Source: Candidatus Omnitrophota bacterium
Lineage (GTDB): Bacteria; Omnitrophota; Gorgyraeia; Gygaellales; Profunditerraquicolaceae
Assembly (NCBI GenBank): GCA_043809145.1
Contig: JAZDED010000024.1
Coordinates: 1 to 61,887 of the forward strand
Direction: 5' to 3'
DNA length: 61,887 bases
Part shown: positions 9,647 to 19,591 of the stretch, piece by piece
Position numbering within the stretch: the first letter of the stretch is position 1
How the letters are laid out: each line of letters opens with the position of its first letter
The notes under the pieces: model-generated
What the model was told of the DNA's origin: nothing
Database searches by the model: none
Seen by the model: only the letters and a program-made list of their open reading frames with translations
Translations under genes and position numbers: made by a program

Positions 9647-10738
9647 TTAACGAATTTTTAAAGTAACCAGGGTCAGGAGGGCTAAAAGGCCTGCTATAAT
9701 CCAAAAACGCACTATAACTTTATTCTCCGGCCAATCCAGAAACTGGAAATGATGATGAAGCGGCGCTATTTTAAATATTCTTTTCTTGGTCAACTTAAAT
9801 GAAAAAACCTGCAGTATAACCGATAGCGCCTCCAGAACAAATATTCCACCCACTACAAGCAACAATAGTTCCTTCTTAATTAGTATTGCCACTGTGCCAA
9901 TCGCTCCCCCCAGGGCCAGAGAACCGACATCACCCATAAAGATAGAAGCCGGGTAGGCGTTAAACCACAAAAAGCCCAAACCCGCGCCGATAAGGCTCGA
10001 ACAGAATACCGCTAACTCTCCGCTTCCGCTTATATAAGGCACAAGCAAGTAGCTACTAAGCTTAATGTTGCCGGTAACGTAGCTCAAAACAGTAAAAGCC
10101 AACGCTACCATAACAACGATACCGGCTGCCAATCCATCCAGCCCATCTGTAAGATTAACCGCATTTGATGAGCCTGATATGACTAGAACTACAAAAAATA
10201 TATAAAAAATACCCAAATCCCAGAAAATATCCTTAAAGAAGGGGATGTCTAACCTCGTGCTCGAATCCGGATGCAAATAAATTAAAATCCCCAGGATCAA
10301 ACCTAACAAAACCTGACTAGCTATTTTAGTTAAAGCAGCAAGGCCTTTTGACTGCTTCTTGATATGTTTTAAATAATCGTCTATAAAACCGGTCACTCCC
10401 AGCCATATGGTAGCCAAAGATACCAGTATAATATAACGGTTAAATATATCCGCCCAGAGCAGGACTGAAACGAATATCGATAAGAGGATAAGCACGCCTC
10501 CCATAGTGGGAGTTCCCTGCTTCTTATGTTGCAATTCGTGGAGTCTGTGGCTTTCCGATTGAGGCCTGATATTCTCCCTGAGGTTAAATTTGGCGATCAA
10601 CCTTATTACAGCCGGACCAAAAATAATACTAATCAAAAAAGCAGTCATGGCCGCCATGGCTGCGCGAAATGTAATATAGCGGAATATATTAAAAAAAGTT
10701 AAATGACTACTTAGTGGATAAAGCAGATAGTAAAGCAT
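9647..10738 (-). CDS. mraY: Phospho-N-acetylmuramoyl-pentapeptide transferase
   Basis: GTPTMGG, NAVNLTDGLDGL, FMGDVGS, APLHHHF. Confidence 0.97.
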   Translation of the reverse strand: MLYYLLYPLSSHLTFFNIFRYITFRAAMAAMTAFLISIIFGPAVIRLIAKFNLRENIRPQSESHRLHELQHKKQGTPTMGGVLILLSIFVSVLLWADIFNRYIILVSLATIWLGVTGFIDDYLKHIKKQSKGLAALTKIASQVLLGLILGILIYLHPDSSTRLDIPFFKDIFWDLGIFYIFFVVLVISGSSNAVNLTDGLDGLAAGIVVMVALAFTVLSYVTGNIKLSSYLLVPYISGSGELAVFCSSLIGAGLGFLWFNAYPASIFMGDVGSLALGGAIGTVAILIKKELLLLVVGGIFVLEALSVILQVFSFKLTKKRIFKIAPLHHHFQFLDWPENKVIVRFWIIAGLLALLTLVTLKIR

Positions 10739-10741
10739 GGC

Positions 10742-12097
10742 TTATTTTTTAAAAATACTTTCCAGCCCCATTGCCCGCGAACCTTTAACCAGAACGATAT
10801 CGTTTTGTTTAGGAAGAATTCTTTCAAAAAGCACCTTGGCCGCTTCCTGTGCTGTAAAACAATTTATTATATCATTAATTCTTGATTTATTTAAGCTTGC
10901 ATTTTTAGCCGCAAGCCGCGAATGCCTTCCAACGGTAATTAAAACATCACACACCCTAAGCGCCTGGGAGACGGCATTAAAATGAAACAATTCATTTTCT
11001 TTACCTAGCTCAAGCATATCCCCCATTATAAGTATCTTTTTGCCTTTATTGCCGCAGCTGGCCAAGGTATCTAAGGCTATCTTGAAGGATAGCGGGTTAG
11101 AATTATAAGTATCATCAATAAATTTTATCCCCTGAAATTCAGTCAGCTGCAGCCTCGCAGGAGGAAAAACAAAACTCCGCATTCTCCTGGCACAATCTTC
11201 ATAACTTATACCGAAAATCCTGGCTGCCGCAACTGTAAAAAGCGCATTGTAAACATTATGTTCTCCTATTGCTCCAAGCGTAAACTCTAATCTATAGTTT
11301 ACTGCAAACAAAACCTTGCCCTTGAGCATTCGAATACGCAAAGCATTAAAATCAGCCTGGTTTCTAATACCTACGCTGATGCCGGAAATATTCTTTTTTA
11401 TTAATAACTTTTTAAGATATGGATCATCGGCATTTAATATCGAAAGCGCGGGCCGGTTTAGATATTTGAGTAATGACGTTTTTTCGTCAAAGACACCGTT
11501 CAAATCTTTAAAGAATTCCAAATGCGATGGCCCGATATTTGTGATAACGGCTATATTCGGCCTGGCAATACCGCTTAAATATGAAATCTCCCCAAAATGG
11601 TTAGTCCCTAATTCCACTACTGCAATTTCATAGCTGTTATTAAGCTTTAGCAAAGTCATGGGCAGGCCAATATGGTTATTTTTGGTACCTTCGTTTTTGA
11701 GAACCTTGAATTTAGAGCCTAATACCCAAGCCAGCATATCCTTGGTAGTGGTCTTGCCGTTACTTCCCGTAACGCCAATAACCGGAATAGTAAACTTATT
11801 GCGCCAGAATCTGGCAACATCCCCCAAAGAAAGAACGGTATCCTGGACGTAAATACGGGAAATTCGGGAAGGTATTTTTTTAACGCAGCTTTTAGATAAA
11901 ATTATGCAACTAGAGCCACTCTTGATTGCGGATTCAATATAATCATGGCCGTCAAAGTTATCGCCTTTAATGGCGATAAATACTTCATTTCTCTTTATGG
12001 TGCGAGAATCAATAGATATGCCGCCAAATTTATCACTGCCTGCTTTATAAAATCTACTTGCCTTAGTAGCTAATACTAATTCGCTAAAGTTAAACAT
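10742..12097 (-). CDS. murF: UDP-MurNAc-tripeptide--D-Ala-D-Ala ligase
   Basis: SIDSR, TGSNGKTTTKDM, DDTYNSNP, GDMLELG, LVKGSR. Confidence 0.96.
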   Translation of the reverse strand: MFNFSELVLATKASRFYKAGSDKFGGISIDSRTIKRNEVFIAIKGDNFDGHDYIESAIKSGSSCIILSKSCVKKIPSRISRIYVQDTVLSLGDVARFWRNKFTIPVIGVTGSNGKTTTKDMLAWVLGSKFKVLKNEGTKNNHIGLPMTLLKLNNSYEIAVVELGTNHFGEISYLSGIARPNIAVITNIGPSHLEFFKDLNGVFDEKTSLLKYLNRPALSILNADDPYLKKLLIKKNISGISVGIRNQADFNALRIRMLKGKVLFAVNYRLEFTLGAIGEHNVYNALFTVAAARIFGISYEDCARRMRSFVFPPARLQLTEFQGIKFIDDTYNSNPLSFKIALDTLASCGNKGKKILIMGDMLELGKENELFHFNAVSQALRVCDVLITVGRHSRLAAKNASLNKSRINDIINCFTAQEAAKVLFERILPKQNDIVLVKGSRAMGLESIFKK

Positions 12098-13527
12098 TCT
12101 TTTACCGTCTGACAATCGTTAAAATCAAATACTTTATCCTTTATAATCTGATATCCCTCATGCCCCTTTCCAGCCAGTAAGACAATATCGTGTTTTTTGG
12201 CCAAAAAAAGAGACTTCATAATAGCTTCCTTTCGCTGTGGTATTACCAGATAATTATTCTTCTTAATTCCCTTTTTAATATCCGCGATTATTGCCAATGG
12301 CTCTTCATTGCGGGGATTATCGCTGGTGATAATTGCCAAATCCGCCAATTCCGTGGCTACCTTTCCCATTTTAGGCCTTTTTGACCTGTCACGGTCTCCT
12401 CCACAGCCAAAGACTACGATAATCCTGCCCCTACCCACTTCTCTTAATGCTTGAATCACATTTTTAAGAGCGTCTTCGGTATGGGCATAATCTACAAACA
12501 CCGAGAACCCTCTAGCTGTGTCAACCCTCTCCAGCCTTCCAGGAACATAAGAAAAATTACGTACGGCCAAATCTATCTTACTCCATGGCAAACCCTGGCA
12601 CATCGCCCAGCTGATTGCCGCTAAATAGTTATACACATTGTACCTGCCTATTAAACGCACACTTAAAGGCAACGATAAGGAGGGCGTTTTTAAAATGAAA
12701 TCTGTCCCCTGCAAATCAAATTTTATTTTTTGAGCCATAAAATCTGCTTGATGATCTATGCCATAAGTAACTACCCTGGCCTTAGTCAACCTCCTTAATC
12801 TCCTGGAATACCGGTCATCAGTATTAATTATTGCGCATGCCCCAGTAGAAAGATTTCTAAAAAGCCTGGCCTTGGTTTGAAAATATTCCTCCAGGGTTTT
12901 ATGATAATCCAAATGGTCCTGGGTAAGATTAGTAAAAATGGCTGAGGAAAAATCTATGCCCCGCACCCTATCCTGTTCCAAGGCATGCGAAGAAACCTCC
13001 ATAACCACATATTTGATTTTACCATCACGCATTCGCTTAAAAATAGAATGCAACTGGAGAGGCCCGGGTGTAGTATTATTGGAAGGAATAATTTTATTAT
13101 TAAAGCGGTAATTTACTGTTCCGATTACCCCTGTTTTCTTTCCGGCTTCTTTTAATATATCTTCTGCTAGATAAGCAATGGTCGTTTTTCCATTAGTTCC
13201 GGTAATTCCTATAAACTTTAATTTTTCGCAAGGCCGACCAAAGAAAATAGAAGCCAAATCTCCTGCTGCCTTACGGCAATCTTTAACTACAATCCAGGGA
13301 AGCTTTAGCCCAAAACTATGTTCCTGGGATATAATGGCGCAAGCGCCACGGTCAATGGCCTCCTGAATAAATAAATTTCCGTCTCTTTTGACTCCCTGAA
13401 TAGCAATAAAGATATCACCTTTTTTAGCCTCCTTGGAATTACAGGTTAAACCTTTAACCGAAATACCGGTAACTTTTCCAGTAATCTTAGAAGGCGATAT
13501 TTCTTTAATCAGACGGTTCAACATCAT
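12076..13527 (-). CDS. murE: UDP-MurNAc-dipeptide--meso-diaminopimelate ligase
   Basis: TGTNGKTT, MEVSSH, DHLDYH, VDYAHT, GCGGDRD, DNPR (DAP-specificity motif), AGKGHE. Confidence 0.96.
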   Translation of the reverse strand: MMLNRLIKEISPSKITGKVTGISVKGLTCNSKEAKKGDIFIAIQGVKRDGNLFIQEAIDRGACAIISQEHSFGLKLPWIVVKDCRKAAGDLASIFFGRPCEKLKFIGITGTNGKTTIAYLAEDILKEAGKKTGVIGTVNYRFNNKIIPSNNTTPGPLQLHSIFKRMRDGKIKYVVMEVSSHALEQDRVRGIDFSSAIFTNLTQDHLDYHKTLEEYFQTKARLFRNLSTGACAIINTDDRYSRRLRRLTKARVVTYGIDHQADFMAQKIKFDLQGTDFILKTPSLSLPLSVRLIGRYNVYNYLAAISWAMCQGLPWSKIDLAVRNFSYVPGRLERVDTARGFSVFVDYAHTEDALKNVIQALREVGRGRIIVVFGCGGDRDRSKRPKMGKVATELADLAIITSDNPRNEEPLAIIADIKKGIKKNNYLVIPQRKEAIMKSLFLAKKHDIVLLAGKGHEGYQIIKDKVFDFNDCQTVKECLTLAN

Positions 13528-15229
13528 TGGAAAACGCAACCTCCCGCAACATACTATTTATTTTCATATACTTTAAAACATCATTAGCCACACTCTTAAA
13601 GACCGGAGCAGAAACAACTCCGCCGAAATAAGCCGGATGCGGCTCATCAACGATTACCACAATAGCCACTGCCGGCGCTTCTGCCGGGGCAAAACCAATG
13701 AAACTGGCTATATATTTATCATGAGAGTACGCTCCGCTATTGTCCAGCTTCTGAGCTGTCCCGGTCTTTCCGGCAGCGCTAAAATTCTTCATCCTAGCCA
13801 TCTTTCCGGTTCCATTCTCAATAACTTGCGTCAAAATCTTTTTTACCCTCTGCGCTGTATCTACAGAAATTACCCGGCGCAACATATGGGGTGAAAACTT
13901 GGTTATAACCTCTCCTTCTTTATCCCTGATCTCGCTAACCACATAGGGCCGCATCAATTGGCCATTATTGGCAATAACCGATATGGCCGACGCTAATTGC
14001 AAGGCTGTTACTCCCACCTCATGGCCGATAGGAATAGCCCCTATAGAAGTCTTGGACCAGAAACGCGGCTCCTTGATCATGCCTTTAATTTCACCGGGAA
14101 GATCAACTTCCAGCTTTGAGCCAAAACCAAAAAGTTTAATATAACGATATAATAGATCCGGGCCCAGCCGCTGGGCAATTTTAGTGGTCCCGATATTGCT
14201 GGATTGTTCTATAACCTCCTTAAACGTAAGCAGCCCGTGCGGCCGATGGTCATGCAACACGTGATTTCCTACACGATAAGCCCCGTTCTCGCAAAAAAAC
14301 TTATCCTCTTCGCTTGACTTTTTTTCTTCCAAAGCCGCAGCAGCTGTAACTATTTTAAAGACCGACCCCGGCTCGAATAAATCGCAGATCGAGCGGTTAC
14401 GCCGAACATCATTCTTAACATTATTGTACTCATTCAAATCAAAATTTGGACGGCTGGCCATAGCCAGAATTCTACCAGTAATAGGATCCATAACTATAAT
14501 GCTTGCAGCCTGGGCATGGTGCGTAGTGACAACTTTATCAAGCTCACGCTCAGCGATATACTGAATTACCTCGTCAATAGTCAAAACCAAATCATAACCA
14601 TCGCGCGGCAAAAGAATATCTTCATAAAGATTAAGTTTCTTTTGCCGCGCATCCCTCAAAACCTGCGCCCATCCGAACTGGCCCTTAAGGTATTTATCAA
14701 AACTCATTTCCAACCCCTCCAAGCCGATATTATCCAAACCGGCAAAACCCAAAATATGGCTAGCCAGGTATTTATTAGGGTAACATCGTTTGCTCTCTTT
14801 GATAAAACCAATGCCCTTTAGGTTTAACTTAGCAATATCCTGGCTTTGCTGGGGAGCAATCTTACGCGCCAGCCAGACAAAAGATTTATTTCTCGAAAGC
14901 CTCTCCCTGATAAAAGAGGGGTCTATCTTCAATATAGGCGCCAAAGAAATGACAATCTGCTCCTTATCAGGTTCTTTTAAATCCTGTGGGCATGCATATA
15001 CGGAATCTATGGAAATATTAACTGCCAGGGGCTTAAGATTGGCATCATAAATTACCCCCCTGCGAGGCTCTAATTCCAGCAATTGATTTTGTTGTTTTTT
15101 TGCGATTGAGTAGAGGTATTGCGAACGAAAGGATTGTATAAAAATAAGCCTTATGCCGCAGAAAATAAGAAATAAAAAGAAAAGAAAAAATACCGCTTCG
15201 GTCCTGCGGTTATAATTAGCTATATACAC
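13505..15229 (-). CDS. ftsI: Class B penicillin-binding protein FtsI (no PASTA domains seen)
   Basis: N-terminal TM; RG.IYD; catalytic SVFK, SSN and KTG motifs. Confidence 0.93.
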   Translation of the reverse strand: MYIANYNRRTEAVFFLFFLFLIFCGIRLIFIQSFRSQYLYSIAKKQQNQLLELEPRRGVIYDANLKPLAVNISIDSVYACPQDLKEPDKEQIVISLAPILKIDPSFIRERLSRNKSFVWLARKIAPQQSQDIAKLNLKGIGFIKESKRCYPNKYLASHILGFAGLDNIGLEGLEMSFDKYLKGQFGWAQVLRDARQKKLNLYEDILLPRDGYDLVLTIDEVIQYIAERELDKVVTTHHAQAASIIVMDPITGRILAMASRPNFDLNEYNNVKNDVRRNRSICDLFEPGSVFKIVTAAAALEEKKSSEEDKFFCENGAYRVGNHVLHDHRPHGLLTFKEVIEQSSNIGTTKIAQRLGPDLLYRYIKLFGFGSKLEVDLPGEIKGMIKEPRFWSKTSIGAIPIGHEVGVTALQLASAISVIANNGQLMRPYVVSEIRDKEGEVITKFSPHMLRRVISVDTAQRVKKILTQVIENGTGKMARMKNFSAAGKTGTAQKLDNSGAYSHDKYIASFIGFAPAEAPAVAIVVIVDEPHPAYFGGVVSAPVFKSVANDVLKYMKINSMLREVAFSNDVEPSD

Positions 15230-15286
15230 AATTTACACAAAAGATTGGAATGACGAATTATAATTTTAATGGAGCTGCTATGAAAA

Positions 15287-15658
15287 CTAGGGGCCGATAG
15301 TCTTGGCTTCTACCTGTCTCTTTACACTAAATAACCGAGCAAACAAATTTATATTCTTAGCTATAAAACTCTCACTCCCCTTTGAATTAACGACGGGAGC
15401 CTGAACCTTAACTAATATATATGAATCGGGCATATGAAATTCTTGTGAACCGGATAACGCCTCTCCCATCTGAATCAATGACGTTTCGCTCTTTAGGTTA
15501 TACCTTAATATGGAATTAGCATCCAGTAATTTTTGAAAATCCACGACGTTTTTCTGGTTCACATACCCCAGACGAAAGATTTCCGTCTGCTGCCATACAT
15601 AGAATAATGCGGCACTGGTCACTATAAATGCCAAAAGCAGAAACTTAGATAGTTTCAT
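15287..15658 (-). CDS. ftsL: FtsL-like bitopic division protein
   Basis: TM helix then leucine-rich helix; canonical position between rsmH and ftsI. Confidence 0.6.
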   Translation of the reverse strand: MKLSKFLLLAFIVTSAALFYVWQQTEIFRLGYVNQKNVVDFQKLLDANSILRYNLKSETSLIQMGEALSGSQEFHMPDSYILVKVQAPVVNSKGSESFIAKNINLFARLFSVKRQVEAKTIGP

Positions 15659-16565
15659 TCGTGCACCTCTGGGCAACTCGGAGTTTAGCGCTGCGGCTGG
15701 CGGGATTATCTTGAACCTCCGTTTCGTTGGGCTGCAATGGCTTATCGGTTATTATATCTATTAACCCATTACTTGTCAATCTGCGAAAATTGTGTTTGAC
15801 AATCCGGTCTTCCAAGGAATGAAAGGAGATAACGCATATCCGGCCACCCTTACGCAACAATCCCACGGCCTTACTCAAGGCCGTATCCAATACCTCGAGT
15901 TCGCGGTTTACGGCAATACGCACCGCCTGAAATGTCCGGGTTGCCGGATGAATACGGTAATATCTGTATTTGTAAGGAACAGCACGCAATACTATATCAC
16001 TTAATTCGGCTGTCGTAGATATTGCGTGTTTTTTTCTCTCACTGACCAATAAACGCGCGATACGATTATGCCAGCGTTCCTGTCCAAAAGCCCACAAAAG
16101 GTTAGATATCTCTTCCTCGTTTAGATTATTAATCAGGTCATAAGCGGAAATGTAGCTATTGCGGTCAAGGCGCATATCTAATGGGCCGTCATTACGAAAA
16201 CTAAAACCCCGGGTTGGATCACTTAATTGATACGAGGATACCCCCAAATCAAAAAGTATGCCATCAACTTGCTCGACTCCCAAATTAACAAGCAGGGTAT
16301 CGATTTCGGAAAAATTACCATATATAATATCGTAATTATTGTTCACCGTTAACAATCTCTCCTTTGCAATTTCAAGAGATTCCTGGTCACGGTCTATACC
16401 AATAAGCCTGCCTCCCGGCGCAATAGCTTCCAACATGCCCAGGCTATGGCCTCCTGTCCCTAAGGTAGCATCGACAGCAATATTGCCGGCTCTCAGATTA
16501 AGGTATTCTTTAATTTCCTTGCACATAACCGGAATATGTAATTTGACAACATCCATTGTAAGCAT
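15645..16565 (-). CDS. rsmH: 16S rRNA m4C1402 methyltransferase
   Basis: HIPVM, DATLGTGGHS, DLGVSS, PLDMR, HPATRTFQA, SFHSLEDR, NPASRSAKLR. Confidence 0.97.
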   Translation of the reverse strand: MLTMDVVKLHIPVMCKEIKEYLNLRAGNIAVDATLGTGGHSLGMLEAIAPGGRLIGIDRDQESLEIAKERLLTVNNNYDIIYGNFSEIDTLLVNLGVEQVDGILFDLGVSSYQLSDPTRGFSFRNDGPLDMRLDRNSYISAYDLINNLNEEEISNLLWAFGQERWHNRIARLLVSERKKHAISTTAELSDIVLRAVPYKYRYYRIHPATRTFQAVRIAVNRELEVLDTALSKAVGLLRKGGRICVISFHSLEDRIVKHNFRRLTSNGLIDIITDKPLQPNETEVQDNPASRSAKLRVAQRCTNETI

Positions 16566-17009
16566 TTATACTTTCGAATCTATTAATTTTTCGGCAATCT
16601 CCTCGAATGACTGCTGCCAGTTACCGTAAAATTCATTCCATACTAGTGTTGACCAGATTTCAATCCTATTTGAAACACCAACAATTGTTACATCCTTTTT
16701 AATTTCTGCGAAATCCTTCAGGTACTGCGGAAGAAGAACCCGGCCCTGCCTATCGGGAGCAACCTCGACAGTACCGGAGAAATAAATGCGGTTAAATATG
16801 CGGGATTCCTGCTTGGTAAAAGATACGGACTTGAACTTTTGTTCCTGGGCGCGCCACTCCTCCTCGGGAAACATAAAGAGACACTTATCCAGCCCGCGGG
16901 TAACAAAAAACCTTTCCACAAAATTTCCCTTAGCTGCTTCGCGGAATTTAGAAGGCAATATTAGCCGCCCTTTACGATCTATAGAATGGAGATATTCTCC
17001 GTAAAACAT
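16566..17009 (-). CDS. mraZ: Transcriptional regulator MraZ
   Basis: MFYGEY, duplicated DxKGR/DxQGR motifs, RIEIW. Confidence 0.97.
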   Translation of the reverse strand: MFYGEYLHSIDRKGRLILPSKFREAAKGNFVERFFVTRGLDKCLFMFPEEEWRAQEQKFKSVSFTKQESRIFNRIYFSGTVEVAPDRQGRVLLPQYLKDFAEIKKDVTIVGVSNRIEIWSTLVWNEFYGNWQQSFEEIAEKLIDSKV

Positions 17010-17021
17010 AGCTTAGCTATC

Positions 17022-17050
17022 TCCCACAATAAACCACTTTTAACCACTTT
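17022..17050 (-). promoter_or_regulatory. MraZ operator (three GTGG repeats at 10-bp period)
   Basis: Plus-strand CCAC at 17024, 17034 and 17044 just upstream of mraZ, matching known MraZ binding repeats. Confidence 0.8.
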
Positions 17051-17058
17051 GTATCATA

Positions 17059-17086
17059 AGTATATAATATTTACCCCTTTTGTCAA
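17059..17086 (-). promoter_or_regulatory. dcw operon sigma70 promoter
   Basis: TTGACA-16 bp-TATACT upstream of the MraZ boxes. Confidence 0.6.
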
Positions 17087-17171
17087 GATATAAATTCAAG
17101 GTTTTTATAGATAGCTCAAGATATAGTATAAAGGTACTATTAGGTAGGCACAGGTAGGGGTTTTGTTAACG

Positions 17172-18080
17172 CTAGAGATTGGCCTTTTGGGCGCAAATTA
17201 CATCTTTTTTAATCTGTTTTGCTAATTCCACTGCGGATTTGAATCTTTTATCCTCTCTTATCTTATCAAAAAAATGAATCTCTATTTTCTTACCGTAGAT
17301 ATTTTTATGGAAATTTAATATGTGGACTTCAATATTATTTTTTAATCTCAGGCCCGTATTTTTAAAGGTAGGCCGCTTTCCGATATAACATACTCCCTTA
17401 AATATGCGATTGGCCAAATGAACCTTGACGATATATATTCCGGAAGGAGGTATTATTTCATGATGCGGATCAATGTTAGCTGTAGGAAAGCCTAGAACCT
17501 TACCCAGCGACTCACCCCTAGCGACTTCCCCTAATATATTCACCGGCCGAGAAAGCAATCTGCCGGCTTCATTTAATTTACCTGCCAGGATCAAATTCCG
17601 GATATAGGTGCTGCTTACAGGCCGGGAGCCGATTTTAACAATATCAAATGCCTTCAATTTAAAATTATAGCGCTGGGAAAATTTCTTAAGCAGGTTGAAA
17701 TCACCTTGGGCATTCCTGCCAAAAGTAAAATTCTTGCCTACTAAAAGATAGCGCGGATTTATCCTGCGGTATAAAATCTTAACCATAAAATCACGGGCAG
17801 TAACCTGAGAAAATCTTTTATCGAACCTGATAACAATACAGACATCAAGACCGATCCGGGAAATTAAATTCAAGCGGTGCTCCAAAGAACATATACTATC
17901 CTCACTCTGAGGATGCGGATCAAAGGTCAAAATTATGCTCGTCCCTTTAATCTTTTTAGCGGTAGAGACTGCTTCCTGTAAAATCCTTTTATGGCCCAGA
18001 TGAACGCCGTCAAAAACACCCAATGCCACAACCGGATTAGGAAATTTCCTTATTTTATTTACTCCGTAGATAACTCGCAT
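17172..18080 (-). CDS. ribF: Bifunctional riboflavin kinase/FAD synthetase
   Basis: GVFDGVHLGH, TFDPHP, VSSTYIR, LGFPTAN, IEVH. Confidence 0.96.
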   Translation of the reverse strand: MRVIYGVNKIRKFPNPVVALGVFDGVHLGHKRILQEAVSTAKKIKGTSIILTFDPHPQSEDSICSLEHRLNLISRIGLDVCIVIRFDKRFSQVTARDFMVKILYRRINPRYLLVGKNFTFGRNAQGDFNLLKKFSQRYNFKLKAFDIVKIGSRPVSSTYIRNLILAGKLNEAGRLLSRPVNILGEVARGESLGKVLGFPTANIDPHHEIIPPSGIYIVKVHLANRIFKGVCYIGKRPTFKNTGLRLKNNIEVHILNFHKNIYGKKIEIHFFDKIREDKRFKSAVELAKQIKKDVICAQKANL

Positions 18081-18124
18081 ATGAGCATCAATAAATACCA
18101 ATAACTTTTTTCGCTTGCAGGTAA

Positions 18125-19102
18125 CTATTTCTTGGCAAGGCTTTCTTTTACCTTCTTCAAAACTTTTTGCTGCGCCTGCAGCAGATTACCGCTAACGGTG
18201 CAACTAGAGGCAGACTTATGCCCACCCCCACCAAAAAAACCGGCAATCGTGTTTACGTCAACCTTACCTTGAGAGCGAAAACTTACCTTTACTTCATTTT
18301 TGCCGGCTGAATTCTCTTTAAATAATAAGATTACTTCTACATCTCTAACCTGACGCCCAAAGTTAAGGATGTAATCCGAAAGGTCTACGGATAAATCAGC
18401 TTTTTTTAGAATTTTACCGGGTATCCTAAACCAAACAATTCTTTTCGAACGGTCTGTCTGAATATCGCTCAATAAATTTACCAGAAGTTTAATATCGCCA
18501 AAAGGTATATTTTGGTACAGAGATTGATAAATTTCAGCTACATTAATTTTATGTCGAAGGAGTTCGGCGGTAATACGATGGACAATTTTATTTGTATTAG
18601 AGTAGCGGAACGACCCGGTATCAGTAACAATACCCGAATACAATAAAAGAGCCACCTCTCTACTGATAGGGATTTTTAGCTCCTTATAGAGCCGGTAAAT
18701 CATTTCGCAGCAACAGGAGGCTTGCGAATCTATCCAATTTATTGAACCGAAACCGCTATTACTTATATGGTGATCAATATTTAATATGGCCTTGTTACCA
18801 TCATTGATTTTATAAACTTCTCCGGTGCGTTTTAAATTAGAGCAATCTACGGCAGCAAAAATATCAAATTTCAGCTTTGACGCTCTCCTACTAAGTTTCT
18901 GGACCGCTTCTATACCGGGAAGAAATAAATATTCCTGAGGCGGAAGCTCCTGGTTAAAAATAAATACCTTCTTACCCATTGCCTGCAGCAACATACAAAA
19001 AGAAAGCTCCGAACCCAAGGCATCCCCCTCAACATTAGTATGTGTAGTTATAAAAAAGCTCTTATTTTCTTTTAGGCAGGCGATTACTTTTTTTAGGCTC
19101 AT
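18125..19102 (-). CDS. nrnA: DHH/DHHA1 oligoribonuclease/pAp phosphatase NrnA
   Basis: GDALGS, NIDHH, DTGSF, SFRS, GGGGH motifs; follows rbfA. Confidence 0.88.
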   Translation of the reverse strand: MSLKKVIACLKENKSFFITTHTNVEGDALGSELSFCMLLQAMGKKVFIFNQELPPQEYLFLPGIEAVQKLSRRASKLKFDIFAAVDCSNLKRTGEVYKINDGNKAILNIDHHISNSGFGSINWIDSQASCCCEMIYRLYKELKIPISREVALLLYSGIVTDTGSFRYSNTNKIVHRITAELLRHKINVAEIYQSLYQNIPFGDIKLLVNLLSDIQTDRSKRIVWFRIPGKILKKADLSVDLSDYILNFGRQVRDVEVILLFKENSAGKNEVKVSFRSQGKVDVNTIAGFFGGGGHKSASSCTVSGNLLQAQQKVLKKVKESLAKK

Positions 19103-19554
19103 CCCGCTCTCCCTTTCTTTTTCCAAACGCCCTTATCTTTGCGAAGGCTGGGCTCACCGGCTGTATCCTTTTCCTTTATTATCCTTGTTTGCAAAACAGG
19201 TTCGACAGAGGCCGGTTTTAACTCTTTAATTTCATTCAAGATCTCATCAATCCTGACGCTATATTCTCCTGACTTATCTTCTTTAAATGAAATTTCCGGC
19301 GCAAAGCGCAACTGTAAACGCTCGGCTACTAGCTTTCGGATAAATCCTTGTGCTGACTTCAAAGCTTCATGAGTCTTATTTGTCTCTTCTTCCTTGCCTA
19401 AAACACTATAAAATATCTTGGCGTACTTTAAATCCTGGCTAATCCTTACTTCCGTAATCGTAACAAACCCCATACGTGGGTCATTTAATTCACTCTGGAT
19501 TATCAAGCTCACTTCTTTTTTTATTGCCTCCTGTACCCTATCCTGTCTTGGCAT
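19099..19554 (-). CDS. rbfA: Ribosome-binding factor A with C-terminal extension
   Basis: DPRMGFVTITEV, DLKYAKI, LRFAPEISF. Confidence 0.95.
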   Translation of the reverse strand: MPRQDRVQEAIKKEVSLIIQSELNDPRMGFVTITEVRISQDLKYAKIFYSVLGKEEETNKTHEALKSAQGFIRKLVAERLQLRFAPEISFKEDKSGEYSVRIDEILNEIKELKPASVEPVLQTRIIKEKDTAGEPSLRKDKGVWKKKGRAG

Positions 19555-19591
19555 AATTTACCCCTTGTTCTTTATAAACTCCGGTTCATAG